A stretch of DNA of 62,717 nt, counting the filler, from Basidiobolus ranarum (Eukaryota): the NCBI GenBank assembly GCA_040143965.1. It is 37 parts of 37 records of this genome, joined end to end, with 100 filler letters (N's around TTAATTAATTAA, not from the genome) between each part and the next. Parts side by side here need not be neighbours in the genome. Positions count along the whole stretch, not along the records: positions 23,822 to 25,420 come from JASJQH010004748.1; positions 25,521 to 27,119 come from JASJQH010004749.1; positions 27,220 to 28,818 come from JASJQH010004750.1; positions 28,919 to 30,517 come from JASJQH010004751.1; positions 30,618 to 32,215 come from JASJQH010004752.1; positions 32,316 to 33,913 come from JASJQH010004753.1; positions 34,014 to 35,611 come from JASJQH010004754.1; positions 35,712 to 37,309 come from JASJQH010004755.1; 29 more parts are not named here. The stretch is one strand, 5' to 3'. The position numbers and the translations under genes were made by a program. The notes under the pieces are model-generated. The model was not told the origin of the DNA. It made no database searches and was given only the letters and a program-made list of their open reading frames with translations. The first letter of the stretch is position 1. Each line of letters starts with the position of its first letter. Of this stretch, positions 24,941-37,597 are shown piece after piece.

Positions 24941-25520
24941 TGCATGAATATCTGATTAGTTTATCATTATTGCTAACTAGTTAACTGACCTTATCCAGTG
25001 ACTTTATCATGTGACCTATCATCTGACTAACTATCTATTTGCTTATCCCTTCTATCAGATCATTTGATCAATCACATAATCATTATCCAATCAGTATTAA
25101 CCTCTGAGTCATCTGTCTAGACACAAGTCAATATGAGTCACAAGAATCATAACCAATGATCTTTCACTGCCAAGACTTCTGCTGATACATGACTCACTTA
25201 TCTCTCTATCTATCTATCCAATCACATTTTCTTTAATCAGAATTAGTCATCAAATGTCTTGCCACTGACTATTTCACTTTGCTATCAAAAAGTATAATTA
25301 AAGCTAACTGAACCTTTTGGTTTAGTGTGTGTCTCAACAAATATAGGACCTCAACACTTCTCAGTATTCCTCAACAAATTCAATATTCCTCTCTCATTTC
25401 TATCCAAGTCTAGTATCCACNNNNNNNNNNNNNNNNNNNNNNNNNNNNNNNNNNNNNNNNNNNNTTAATTAATTAANNNNNNNNNNNNNNNNNNNNNNNN
25501 NNNNNNNNNNNNNNNNNNNN

Positions 25521-26740
25521 GAACTATGGATCAACACATATGCAAAAAATGTAACTCAAATTGTACACATGTACCACTTGTGCATTAATTTGGCACCTTC
25601 AAAACCCCTAGTTTCTGTGATATATTCTCCTAAGTATTTATATAGAGTCCTTTACTCCCAAGGTTTAAGTCATATCCAACATAAGTTTGTATCAATATCT
25701 CCATAAAACTCACCATTGTATTAATTTTGCTGAATCAACATTCTTCCAGCTATCTGACAGATACCCTGTGATATGGTGCTACTCTGCATTAAGTTCCTCT
25801 CAGATATCTCCATGGTCAACACCAGAATGAATGTCAGTTTGAATGTTATTCTTCTGAAGGCACTTTCTGCATACTTGCACTGTGTTTTTGCCTTCATACT
25901 TTTGAATATACTCCTCAGGCACTTTTACTATCTTTATATATACTTGTACTATGACACTACTGAGGATACTTTACGGTGTTTGTGCAGCTTTTTGCTTGTC
26001 TCTAAGTTTGGGGCTAATTTCAACACTTTGAAAAGTAGCAGTTGAGGTTGGAGAGCTGTGAGTTTTATTTCCTGGTGCTTTGGCCTGTTGAGAGATGCCA
26101 GGTGTTGAATAAGCCTCAGAACTTAGCACTCTTCCAACTGGTGTACCTAGTTCCATGGTGAAGTTAAGCCTTTTTGCCAGTATGTCTGACTCTGAAAATA
26201 CAGATCTCCATAATGGTGTGAAAAAATTGGCAAGTGGGACAGTAGAGCCTAAACACACTGGCTTCTTCATTTTTCCCTTGCATGTACTAAATTCCTGCTC
26301 ATTGAGTACTTCTTTATCTGCTTTTCTTTCTTTTCCAAGTCAATAGTTGTGTACACTTTTGTGATGTTTAATAAATAGTCCTATACTGGCTCAATTGCCA
26401 TATGGTTGCAAGGACCAGGATAGGCAGCATGAAATAAGTCAAGAACCTTCAGATCAACATCTGATTTTTGATTTCTGAATGATTGACTCAAATCCTGGTG
26501 GATTTGGGCAAGATTTGACAGTTTCCAACATGTTAAACCACTAATCATTAGGGCAAGTGATGGCAACTCTGACATTCAGAGTCTTTTAGTTTGCTGATTT
26601 TCCCACAAGATATCTATTTTCATATATCCAAGCAATTTTTTTCATTGTGTAGGCTTAGGGATCCTACATATATTCTGCTCTGCTAGATTGTCACAGTTAC
26701 ATTCATATGTATAGTGTGGGATTGATTGAAATCCTGTATG
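25521..26740 (+). mobile_element. CACTA family A left arm (accessory ORF on - strand)
   Basis: Reverse complement of 35745-36970. Confidence 0.82.
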
Positions 26741-27118
26741 TATTAGGAAAATATGGGCTGTTTGGAGGAACTTTAGAAAAGTGGAGTTGTGGATAGCTTT
26801 GTGAGATAATTACTTATAGTCCATAAAGAAAGCACTTCTACATTTTGCTGGAAATACAGAAAACTAACACTGGGGATGTGTTCACAACATCTGTGGGAGT
26901 AAAGTGAGCTATCTTTGGGGCAATTTGGATGAGTTTGAAATTTCCTATATAGAATTGCTAATTCTCACATTATTCACATATATATATAATATATGTTCCA
27001 ATTTTCAGCTAGGTGATATTTGACTGAGTAATGTTAACTAACTTATATGTAATATATGAATTAGTTAGGTGTATAAAGAGAGAGATAACAAATATGATAA
27101 AGACAATAAACTTCAACA
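26741..27118 (-). mobile_element. LTR-B (378 bp) inserted in CACTA left arm
   Basis: Full-length match to 31173-31550; ends CTTCAACA at the contig edge. Confidence 0.85.
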
Positions 27119-27219
27119 GNNNNNNNNNNNNNNNNNNNNNNNNNNNNNNNNNNNNNNNNNNNNTTAATTAATTAANNNNNNNNNNNNNNNNNNNNNNNNN
27201 NNNNNNNNNNNNNNNNNNN

Positions 27220-27675
27220 TGGGTTGAGAGGCATGCACCATTTGTAAGATATGAGAAGACTATGGCTGATTTGGCATATGTTGGGGAAGAATGCAGAAGG
27301 CTAGGATGTGTCACTGCTAACAAGAGGCCCGGAGGAGGGATACTCACAGAGAGGCAAAAGCTTTATAATGACATTTTTTCCCATTTTAGAGCAAGAGTAG
27401 AACATAGCTCTGGTTTCTTAAAGAGATATAGTGTTGTAGCAGGAAAGTATAGAGGAAAATCATTTTGTGGGCCACAATCAAAGTTAGGCACAGTAGTCAA
27501 AATCTTGATTAGTTCTCAATACATTCATACTCAAAGATATCCATTGAGAGCTCTAGACTTAAGACACTTTGAATAAAGCCTTCATGTTCTTTCAATGTGC
27601 AATAATGTCTAAAAGTACTTTTCTTAATTATACCACACAAGTAAAATAAACTGTTTCCAAAATGGTAAATAACAT
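27220..27675 (+). mobile_element. PIF/Harbinger-ISL2EU-type transposase C-terminus
   Basis: ORF 27262-27576 ADLAYVG..KRP.GG.LT..QKLYN.IFSHFRARVEH..GFLK. Confidence 0.88.
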
Positions 27676-28818
27676 CCCTTAACAAAATAAAATGGATTTG
27701 ATCTGGATTGGATCCACCCTCCAAAAGAGCAAAACCATCAGAGAGCCATCACAATCTTGGTGGCTTGCATTCTGCCTGGGATTTTGATGATATGACGGTG
27801 ATCTCTTGACAGTATTTTGATGGTATTCATACATGTTCAAATGTTGATCCACAAATTTGGCATGCATTGTTCAGTATCCAGCAACTTTTGCAAAAATATA
27901 ATTTTTGAATGGCAAATTACTGGGTTTACTGCTGTAGGAAGTCAAATTAATATGCATACCTTTATTTAGCTATTTTAGGCTTTGTATTCTAGTCATAATG
28001 CAAATCAAAACATACAAGAATCTTGTTGTGTTTAGTTTCTACATATGCACATACTTGACTGATTAGGCATAACTCAATGACAGCAATCTGCCTTACCAGC
28101 AAACTAACAGTGGAAAAATTGCTAAACATATGAAATTTTGAATAGCACTGACACTTGGCAAAGAGCTGATTCTTGTTACCATTCACAATGAGAATAAGCT
28201 CTTGGATTTTGGCAAATATGCATAAAGAATTTGGCCAATATATCCCCAACTTGCAGTCAACAAATGTCCTGCCACAAGTAGATTTATCATTGCTGGAATA
28301 GATTACCGCATGGCTAAAACAATAATACTGCATATCTTGATCTATCTCACAATAAAGCCTGTCTTGTAGCTTTCCTAAAAATACCATCATATTATCACAC
28401 AAGCAAGTTATTCCAATTATAGAGGTACTTACTCTGTGTCCATGGATTTGGCTTTGTTGCTGTTATTGTGCTCAAACAACGTGAAAACCTGTAAGCATAT
28501 TAAAAAGAGCCCTTTGTTGGCAGGTTAATATACTCTGGAGTCTGCTTTACCCATTGCATTACATCCATAATTGATTTTGCTGATACATTGTAAATCAAAT
28601 TAGCATATGGTAATGCTGACAATTCCACACGGAGCATCATTTCACCGCAGGTGTGCTCCATTGGGAACTCTGAGAATGTATAGCAAAGGCCTATAATCTC
28701 TAAGCATTGTGAAAGATGTAGCAAAGAATATATTGAATACCGGCACAGATTCAGTCTATCTTCTTTGAACCTTTAATTAAGTTTTTCATATCCAATTACA
28801 AAATCTTCGCACAGTTGC
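27676..28818 (-). mobile_element. CACTA family A right terminus and transposase 3' part, inserted in the Harbinger-type element
   Basis: CCCTTAACAAAATAAAATGG start; LLHLSQCLEIIG.CYTF.EFPME. Confidence 0.88.
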
Positions 28819-28918
28819 NNNNNNNNNNNNNNNNNNNNNNNNNNNNNNNNNNNNNNNNNNNNTTAATTAATTAANNNNNNNNNNNNNNNNNNNNNNNNNN
28901 NNNNNNNNNNNNNNNNNN

Positions 28919-29774
28919 ATGGAACCAGGTACACCAGTTGGAAGAATGCTAAATTTGGAAGTTTATCTAACACCTGGCATCTCTGAACAAGCCAAAACAC
29001 CAGCAAATAAAACTCATGGGGCTCCAACCCCAACTGGTACACTTCAAAGTGTTAAAACTAGCCCCAAACTTAAAGGCAAGCAAAAAGCTGCACAAACACC
29101 ACAAAGCACCCTTAGTAGTAGCACACAAGAAGGATAAATAAATATAGTAAATGTGCTGGGGAGTATTTTCAAAAGTATGAAGATACAAATGCAGTGCAAG
29201 TATGAAGAAAGTGGCTTTGGAAGAAGAGCATTAAAATTGATCTTCAGTCTGGTATTGACCATGAAGATATCAGGGAAGAACTTAACACAGAGTGGCATAA
29301 TAACACAGAGTGGCATAATAACACAGAGTGGCATAATATTGCTGGGTATCTGCTAGAAAGCTGGAAGAATGTTAATTCAGCAACATTAATACAATGGTGG
29401 GCTTTGATGGATATATTGATAAAACTTGTGTTGGATATGAGTTAAACCTTGGGTATGAAGAACTCTGTAAAGATATTCAGCGCAATATATCAAAGAAACT
29501 AGGGATATCAATGGTGACAAATCAGCATTCAAGTGGTAAATGTGTAAAATTTGAGTTATGTTATGCACATGTGTTGATCCATAGTTCTCTGAGATTTTAG
29601 CCAAATGTGTGCTACCACTTTGTAAGATCTTGAAATTTCACTCTTAAAACTGAAAAAATTGATTAAAATCAAATCTAACTTGACAATTTATGATGGTTAG
29701 TGAACAGTCAATCCTAAATGGGTGAAAGTTGTGACAGTTTTCCTACAACAACAATCCTCAAATCTCTGTTAGGG
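28919..29774 (-). mobile_element. CACTA family A left arm ending in left terminus
   Basis: Ends TCTGTTAGGG; contains an 18-bp triplication at 29283-29336. Confidence 0.85.
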
Positions 29775-30517
29775 CTATGGGTTTTGTTCAATGTGCTCAC
29801 AGGTTTTTGCATTGTTTGAGCACAACAACAGCAACAAAACCTAATCCATGGACACAGAGTAAGTATCTCCATAATTTGGACTAATTTGTTTTTGTAAAAT
29901 CTGATGGCATGTTGAGTAAAGCTGCATGACAGACTTCTTGGTGAGATAGATCAAATATGCAGTATTACCATTTTAGTCACCAGGTAATCTATTCAAGCAA
30001 TGACTCATCTACTTGTGGCAGGATATTTGTTGACTGCAAGTCGGGGATATTTTGGCTGAATTCTTTATCAAAACTTGCCAAAATACAAGAGCTTATTCTC
30101 ATTGTAAATGGTAATAACAGCTAGCTATTTGCCAAGTGTCAGTGCTATTCAAATTCTTAGATGTTTAGCATTTTTCCACCATTAGTTTGCTGGTAATGTA
30201 TATTGATGTTGTTGAGTTACATCTGATCAGTCAAGTATGGCATATGTAGAGACTGACCACAAAGAGATTCTTGTATTCTTTGATTCTCATTGTGACTGGA
30301 ATACAAAGCCTAAAACATCTAAACAAAGGCATGTGTATTAATTTGAATTTGTATAGCAATAAACCTATCAATTTGCCATTTGAAATTTAGTTTTTTGCCA
30401 AAGTTGTCAGAAATTAAATAATGCATGCCAAATACAAGAATCAATATTTTACCATGTATGAGTACCACCAAAGTACCATCAAGAAGCTACCATCTCACCA
30501 TCAAAATCCCTAGCAGA
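29775..30517 (+). mobile_element. CACTA family A transposase 3' part (target of the preceding copy)
   Basis: Matches 56420-57170. Confidence 0.85.
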
Positions 30518-30617
30518 NNNNNNNNNNNNNNNNNNNNNNNNNNNNNNNNNNNNNNNNNNNNTTAATTAATTAANNNNNNNNNNNNNNNNNNNNNNNNNNN
30601 NNNNNNNNNNNNNNNNN

Positions 30618-32215
30618 GTCCATGGCTTGGGATTTGTTGCTGTTATTGTGCTCAAACAATGCACACACCTGTGAGCACATTGAAAAGAGCCCTTGGTTGG
30701 CAGGTCAATATACTCTGGAGTCTACTGAACCCATTGCATTATATCCATCACTGATTTTGCTGATACATTATTAATCAGATTAGCATATGGTAAAACTAAT
30801 ACTTTCACATGGAGCATCATTTCACCGCAGGTGCACTTTATTGGGAACTCCCAGAAAGTATAGCAAGGGCCTATAATCTCAAAGCATTGTGAAAGATGCA
30901 GCAGGGAATGTATTGAATACCGGCATAGATTCAGTCTATCTTCTTTCAACCTGTAAAAAAGTTTCTCACATCAAATTACAAAATCTTTGCACAGTTGCTG
31001 TATCTGCTTGAGATCTGCCAATGTGAGTTGATGCTGTAAGAATTTATTAACAATATCCACAAACAACTCCCAATGTTGCCAATACTTATCAGGCAGAAAT
31101 CTTTTCAAAATTCCACTTAAATATATACAAATCTAATACTTCCAGTCTTTGCATTTTAATAAATGCCTAGATTGTTTAGGTTTATTGTCTTAATCATAGT
31201 TTTTATCTCTTTCTTGATACACCTAACTACTTCATATATCACATATAAGTTAGTTAACATTACTTGGTCAAATATAACTTGGCTGCTAATAGGAACATAT
31301 ATTATATATATATGGGAATATTGTGAGAATTAGCAATTCCATATTGGAAATTTCAAACTCATCCAAAATGCCCCAAATATAGCTCATTTTACTCCCACAG
31401 ATGTTCTGAACACAATTCCAGTGTCAGTTTTCTGTATTTCCACTCAAATGTATAAATGCTTTATTTCTTGACAATAAATAACTATCACACAAAGCTATTC
31501 ACACCTCCACTTTTCTAAAGTTCCTCCAAACAGCCCATATTTTTCCAATATAGATGAATGGATATTGATGGGTGTCCTGGTAAAATATGATGGTATCTTG
31601 ATGTTTTAAAGCATTTTCCAATCAATTCAAGCTTTTATCCATCTTGAATGGCTCATTCATATTGAATTTTTCACTGTATAGTTGAGTAAGCAGGATTGAA
31701 TGTTATTGAATGGTAGGTGCATAGTGTCTAATGGGAAGCTCTGGCTCCAGCTGATCCTCATTAGCAATATAATATTATGCTTACAGCTAATACCAAGTTT
31801 GATGTTAGACTAACTATTTGGTGAATTGATATCAGTGATCATGTTTGTATCTGACTAGGCTCTTGATGGTAAAATCATGGGGTTTAGTGTTTTATTTGGA
31901 TAGCAGCAATGTGTATGCCGGATAGAGTAGACCACATAGATTTGACAAAATATATGGCAAGATAGTGCATTATGCCTGCAAAAATCTCCAGGTTTACTGA
32001 TGGCAGGAGTGTTACCAATACATAAATGATATTAGCTTTAATAAAATATTCACCCATCTGAACCCCACTGGATAACCAGTCAAATTCCCCAATCAAAGGC
32101 TCCAAGAAGCTATCCAAAAGCACTGGTGATTTAGGTCCAGAAATGATGGATAGTATCATAATATTATGACTCTTATATCATTCAGCACAAGGAAGATTTA
32201 AGTTGATTAAAATTA
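30618..32215 (-). mobile_element. CACTA family A transposase core, interrupted by solo LTR-B
   Basis: SGPKSPVLLDSFLEPL; PLDTMH; HSLLHLSQC.EIIGPCYTFWEFP. Confidence 0.9.
31173..31550 (+). mobile_element. Solo LTR-B (378 bp) with 5-bp TSD
   Basis: TGTT...CCAATA flanked by TAGAT (31168-31172 and 31551-31555). Confidence 0.9.
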
Positions 32216-32315
32216 NNNNNNNNNNNNNNNNNNNNNNNNNNNNNNNNNNNNNNNNNNNNTTAATTAATTAANNNNNNNNNNNNNNNNNNNNNNNNNNNNN
32301 NNNNNNNNNNNNNNN

Positions 32316-33913
32316 TACACTTTTCTCACAGTTGAATGGCAACTGTTGCTTGCCACAGACCTGGTACAAGTGGAAAACATGAATCAATTTTATGACTGAT
32401 AATCCTACAGTAATTGCACTACCTTCATTGCCAAATGGTTGTTTGGCTTTAACTGGTGATCTGAAAACCTGAAGTCATATACTGTTTGCACACAATTGGC
32501 AATTACTAAATCAGGTAAATATAGTTCATATTTGGCTTACATACCATTGATTCCCCATCTGAAAGTTTGAGGAAATCACCCAAATATAGATCATTGATCC
32601 AATACCACAGTACTCACTATAAAGCTGATGGTATTACCAATATACTTGATGGATATCACTACCAGAATCTGGAAAGTCAAGGTTTTTTTCAGAACATGTA
32701 TGATCAAGCATTTACATTGGCTCTGGATGGTTTCTCACTAAGCAAATATACCTTTGGAAAGGCTTGCTGGCCAATATTTTTAATCTACCTAAATCTTCCT
32801 CCTTCTGAACAGTATAAGAGTCATAATATTTTGATACTATCAATCATGTCTGGACCCAAATCACCAGTGCTTATTGATTGCTTCTTGGATCCTTTGATTG
32901 CAGAATTTGCATGGTTATCTAATGGGGTTAAGATGGGAGAATATTACATTAAAGCTAATATCATTGTATGTATTGATGACACTCCTGCCATTAGTAAACT
33001 TGGAGGTTTTTGCAGGCACAATGCACTATCTTGCTGTAGATTTTGTCAAATCAATGGAGTTTACTCTATCAGGCATACACATTACTACTATCCAAATCCA
33101 ACACTGAGCTCCATGATTTTACCATCAAGAGCCCAGTCAGATTTCAACATGATCACTTATATCAATTCACCAAATAGTCAGTCTAATATCAAACTTGGTA
33201 TTAGCCATAAGCCTAAGATTATGTTGCTAAAGGGGATCAGCTGGAGCTAGAGCTTCCCATTAGGCACTATGCACTTACTATTCAACAACACTCCAATATT
33301 ACTTACTCAGCTATATAGTAGAATATTCAATATGAATGAGTCTTTTGAGCTAGGATCAAAGCCTGAATCAATTGGGAAAAAGCTCCAAAAGGTCAAGATA
33401 CCATCATATCTTACCAGGACTCCCATCAATATCAACTCATCTAGGTGTTTATTCAAATGCAAAGACTGGAGTATTGTATTTGTATATATTCAAGTGTAAT
33501 CTTGAAAAGATTTCTGCCTGATAAGTATTGGCAACATTGGGAGTTGTTGGTTAATATTGTTAATGTATTCTTACTGCATCAACTCACATTGGCAGATCTC
33601 AGGTAGATACAGCAACTGTGCAAAGATTTTGTAATTGTTATGAAAAACTTTATTACAGGTTTAGAGAAGTTAGACTGAATCTATGCCAGTATTGAATACA
33701 TTCCCTGCTGCATCTTTCACAATGCTTAGAGATTATAGGCCCTTGCTATACATTCTGGGAGTTCCCAATGGAGTGCACCTGTGGTGAAATGATGCTCCGT
33801 GTGAAATTGTCAGTATTACCGTATGCTAATCTGATTAACAATGTATCAGCAAAATCAGTGATGGATGTAATGTGATGGGTTAAGGAGACTCCAGAGTATA
33901 TTAACCTGCCAAC
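32316..33913 (+). mobile_element. CACTA family A transposase core
   Basis: LALDGF, CWPIFL..LNLPP, GPKSP, DTPAISKLGGFC.HNA..CCRFC, TMH, HSLLHL..GP..WEFPME; scattered stops. Confidence 0.92.
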
Positions 33914-34013
33914 NNNNNNNNNNNNNNNNNNNNNNNNNNNNNNNNNNNNNNNNNNNNTTAATTAATTAANNNNNNNNNNNNNNNNNNNNNNNNNNNNNNN
34001 NNNNNNNNNNNNN

Positions 34014-35437
34014 GTGTTGATTTTTGTGTTGGCAAATTTGAAATGGTTGTAGCTTTACCAATATTTGATCAAATCTTATGATTCTTGCATGGTTGCAAAG
34101 CTCTAATACCGGAGTTTTTGATTGCAGCGTGAATTGCCATAATAAGTTAAGTATAGATGTGACTATGAGCAATTGAATCTTCTTGTTCTTTTTCTTGAGC
34201 TGTAAAATAATATAAGATAGCAATAGATAATATTCTTCCTGCTTAATATGTGCAAGATATAATTGGAATATTTCCAACACTACACCATGTATAGCTGTGC
34301 ACCAGCAGCAATGGCTGGTTGACCCATTAAGTGAAGGCTCCACATCTGAAGAAGAGACTGTAGATACAAACAAACTGCAAACTAGACCAACCAGGCCAAC
34401 ACATACCACAGCGCATCAACCTCAAGCCACAACTCATGCTGGCCAAGGTAGAGGAACTTCAGCAGGATCAAACTAACCAACTCAGTGCAGAGGTTCAAGC
34501 AAAGTTCCTTTGGTGGAAATATCAAGGAGACAACAAAAGTAACAGAAGCATATCAGCATGTACTGCATCAAACCTAGGGAACTGCTGATTACTCCGGTTA
34601 ATACTTACATTATCCTATCTTTACTATTTGCCACATCATGCAAATTGATATGGATTGCAGATAAAAATAGCATAAACTGCTTTAGTTTCAATATGACTGC
34701 TTATATCTTTATGAAACACTAATAGCATGAAATTGTCATATATCAAAAAAATCAATGATAGCCTATTAATACAAGTGATTTGACTAAAATTTAATGAGAA
34801 ATGTCTGTCAATAAAAAGCCTGCGCAGCTGTATTGGCTCAATATAGCTCAAGGTATTCACATCCTCACCCAATTAGAAGCTTACATGATTGAATGAAAAA
34901 TTTGCTGATCCAAAAATGATGAATCAAGCAATCATGATCACTACTCTCATACTGCAGATCAATCCATCAGCAAGTGCTGTGATTTGTCACTGGTGTGCCA
35001 GAACTACTGGTGTTTTGTAATGCAGGAGCCATTGGGCCCAATTAAAAAGCAGGAAACTGTGTTAAAGAGGGACAAATGATTGGCATAAAAACATGCAAAT
35101 GTCTTGATTATACATTTGATTTGGTAAGTTACAGCATAAATTGTTTTTGTTACATATTCAGTAATTTGTAAGTTACAAACTAGGGGATGAACTTGCTTTG
35201 CCAATTACCCAAAATCTTAATTTGGCAATACTAAATTGGGTAACTTGGTACAGGCTGGCACAATATCTCCAATAAAACCATTGTGTCCAATTGTGGTGGG
35301 ATAGTGCCATATTGTTCCTTATAGTGTCCAATTGAGTGTTGTAGGACCCAGCCATGGTAATTGACAGATTGCACCAGATGGTGTGTTAGCCGGCTAGATC
35401 AAATGGCACAATCTGACCTGGTACAATGGAACAAGTC
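34014..35437 (+). mobile_element. Repeat family D arm; probably the other end of the Harbinger-type element
   Basis: 34880-35437 matches 59437-59995; ends CAATGGAACAAGTC like the Harbinger-type 3' end at 17756. Confidence 0.6.
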
Positions 35438-35458
35438 AAATATGGACTCCAAGAAATT

Positions 35459-35611
35459 CCCTAACAAAAATAAAATCGATTTGATCCGGATCAGATCCAT
35501 CCTCCGAAATAGCAAAACCGTCAGAGAACCGTCACAATATTGTTGGCTTGCATTCTGCCAGGGATTTTGATGGTGTGACAGCGGTTTCTTGACGGTATCT
35601 TGGCGGTATTC
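35459..35611 (-). mobile_element. CACTA family A right terminus, CpG-rich copy
   Basis: CCCTAACAAAAATAAAATCGATTTGATCCGG..ACCGTCAGAGAACCGTCAC. Confidence 0.88.
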
Positions 35612-35711
35612 NNNNNNNNNNNNNNNNNNNNNNNNNNNNNNNNNNNNNNNNNNNNTTAATTAATTAANNNNNNNNNNNNNNNNNNNNNNNNNNNNNNNNN
35701 NNNNNNNNNNN

Positions 35712-37068
35712 CAGCAACATGCTGCACCCTCCATCCATTCTCATATGGGATTTCAATCAATCCCACACCATACAAATGAACATTACTGCGACAATCTAGA
35801 GGAGCAGAGTAAGTGTCAGATCATTACGCCTACACAATGACCCAAAAATGGTTGGTCACATAAAAGTAGAAATCTCATAGCAAACCTGGCAAACCAAAAG
35901 ACTCTGAATTTTGGAGCTACTGTCACTTTCTCTGATGATGAGTGGTTTAACATTTTGGAAACTGTGCAGAATCATGCCTGAAATCACGTTGATTTAAATC
36001 AATTGTGGAAAAACTAAAAACCAGGTGTCACTCTGAGGGTTCCTGACTTATTTCATGTAGCTTATCTTGGGTTTTTGCAACCACATGGCAATTGGGCTAA
36101 TAAAGACCTAATCATAAAATGTCTCAAAAATGTACACAATTATATACTTAGAAATGAAACAAAAGCAGGTAAACAAGTGCTCAAGGAGCAGGAATTTAGT
36201 AAACCCAAGGGAAAAGCAAAGGAGCCAGTGAGTTTAGGCTCCACTGTCCCACCTATCAAATTCTTCACACTGTTACAAAGGTCTGCATTTCCAGAGTCAG
36301 ATAAGCTGGCAAAAAAGCTTAATTTTGTCATAGAACCAGGTACACCAGTTGGTGGATTGCTAAATTTTGAAGTCTATCTGACACCTGCCACCTCTCAACA
36401 AACCAAAATACCAGCAAATAAAACTCACAGCTCTCCAACCTCAACTAGTACTTTTCAAAGTGTTGAAATTAGCCCCATAGTTAAAGACAGGCAAAAAGCC
36501 ACACAAACACCACAAGCACCCTCAGTAGTGTCACACTACAAGGGTATATGAAAATGGTAAACATCTTTGAGGAGTATTTGCAAAAGAATCAAGGGAAAAA
36601 CACAGTGCAAGTATACAGAAAGTGGCTTCAGAAGAAGAACATTCAACTTCACACTCAGGCTGGTGTTGACTGTGCAGATATCTGGCAAGAGCTTAATACA
36701 GAGTGGCACAATATTGAAGGATATCTTCCAGATAGCTGGAAGAATGTTGATTCAGCAATGTTATTGCAATGGTGGGCTTTGATGGAGATAGTGATATAAA
36801 CTCATGTTGGATATGATCAAATCATTGGGTATGAAGAACTCTACAAAAATATTTGGGTGAATATATCAAAGAAACTAGTAATTTCAAAGGTGACAAATTA
36901 GCATTCAGGTGGGAAATGTGTAAAATTTGAGTTACATTTTTTGCACATGTGTTGATCAGTAGCTCTCTGAGATTATCACCAATCATTTGCAACTATTTTC
37001 AAAGAACTTGGAATTCCATGGCGGAAACTGAAAAAATTGAGTAAAATCAAATCTAATTTATTGATTTT
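35712..37068 (-). mobile_element. CACTA family A left arm; accessory ORF remnants on + strand (36075-36551, 36548-36799)
   Basis: Matches 25521-26740, 28919-29774 and 54622-55470. Confidence 0.82.
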
Positions 37069-37309
37069 CGCTGACAAAATAAAATCAATTTGATCCAGTT
37101 TGGATCCACCCTTAGGAAATGCAATACCATCAGAGAACAACCACAATATTGGTGGCCTGCATTCAGCCAGAAATTGTGATGGTGTGATGATGGCTTCTTG
37201 ATAGTATCTTGATGGTATTCCTACATTTTAAAATATTGATCCTCATATTTGGCATGTGTTATTTAATTTCTGGCAATTTTTGCAAAAATCTAATTTTTGT
37301 ATGGCCAAT
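37069..37309 (-). mobile_element. CACTA family A right terminus nested in the left arm
   Basis: CGCTGACAAAATAAAATCAATTTGATCC (decayed terminus). Confidence 0.75.
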
Positions 37310-37409
37310 NNNNNNNNNNNNNNNNNNNNNNNNNNNNNNNNNNNNNNNNNNNNTTAATTAATTAANNNNNNNNNNNNNNNNNNNNNNNNNNNNNNNNNNN
37401 NNNNNNNNN

Positions 37410-37597
37410 AATCAGTAGCTTGTATAGCTGAAATGCCTAAGTACCATATATTGACAGACTATGTTAAGGTTCCCTACCAATATAGGCATAGCATACAAGG
37501 ACCGGTAGCTCAGTGGTTAGAGCACCTTGCTAGAGTGAAGGAGGTCCCAGGTTCGAATCCTGGCTAGACCAACATTTCTCCCTAAATAATTTCAATA
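37410..37597 (+). mobile_element. tRNA-bearing LTR family, 3' part
   Basis: Matches 48852-49038; ends TTTCAATA, abutting CACTA sequence. Confidence 0.88.
37499..37571 (+). ncRNA. tRNA-like sequence (73 nt) embedded in an LTR; probably not a functional tRNA
   Basis: A-box TAGCTCAGTGG, B-box GGTTCGAATCC, perfect T stem CCAGG/CCTGG, D stem GCTC/GAGC. Loop CTAGAGT gives anticodon AGA but the variable loop is short; acceptor-stem mismatches. Confidence 0.8.

Noticed and set aside
29283-29336. 18-bp unit repeated three times (TQSGII x3)
   Set aside because: Local slippage in one decayed CACTA copy; absent from the other copies
37499-37571. Functional tRNA-Ser(AGA) gene
   Set aside because: No long variable arm, mismatches in the acceptor and anticodon stems, and it lies inside a dispersed LTR
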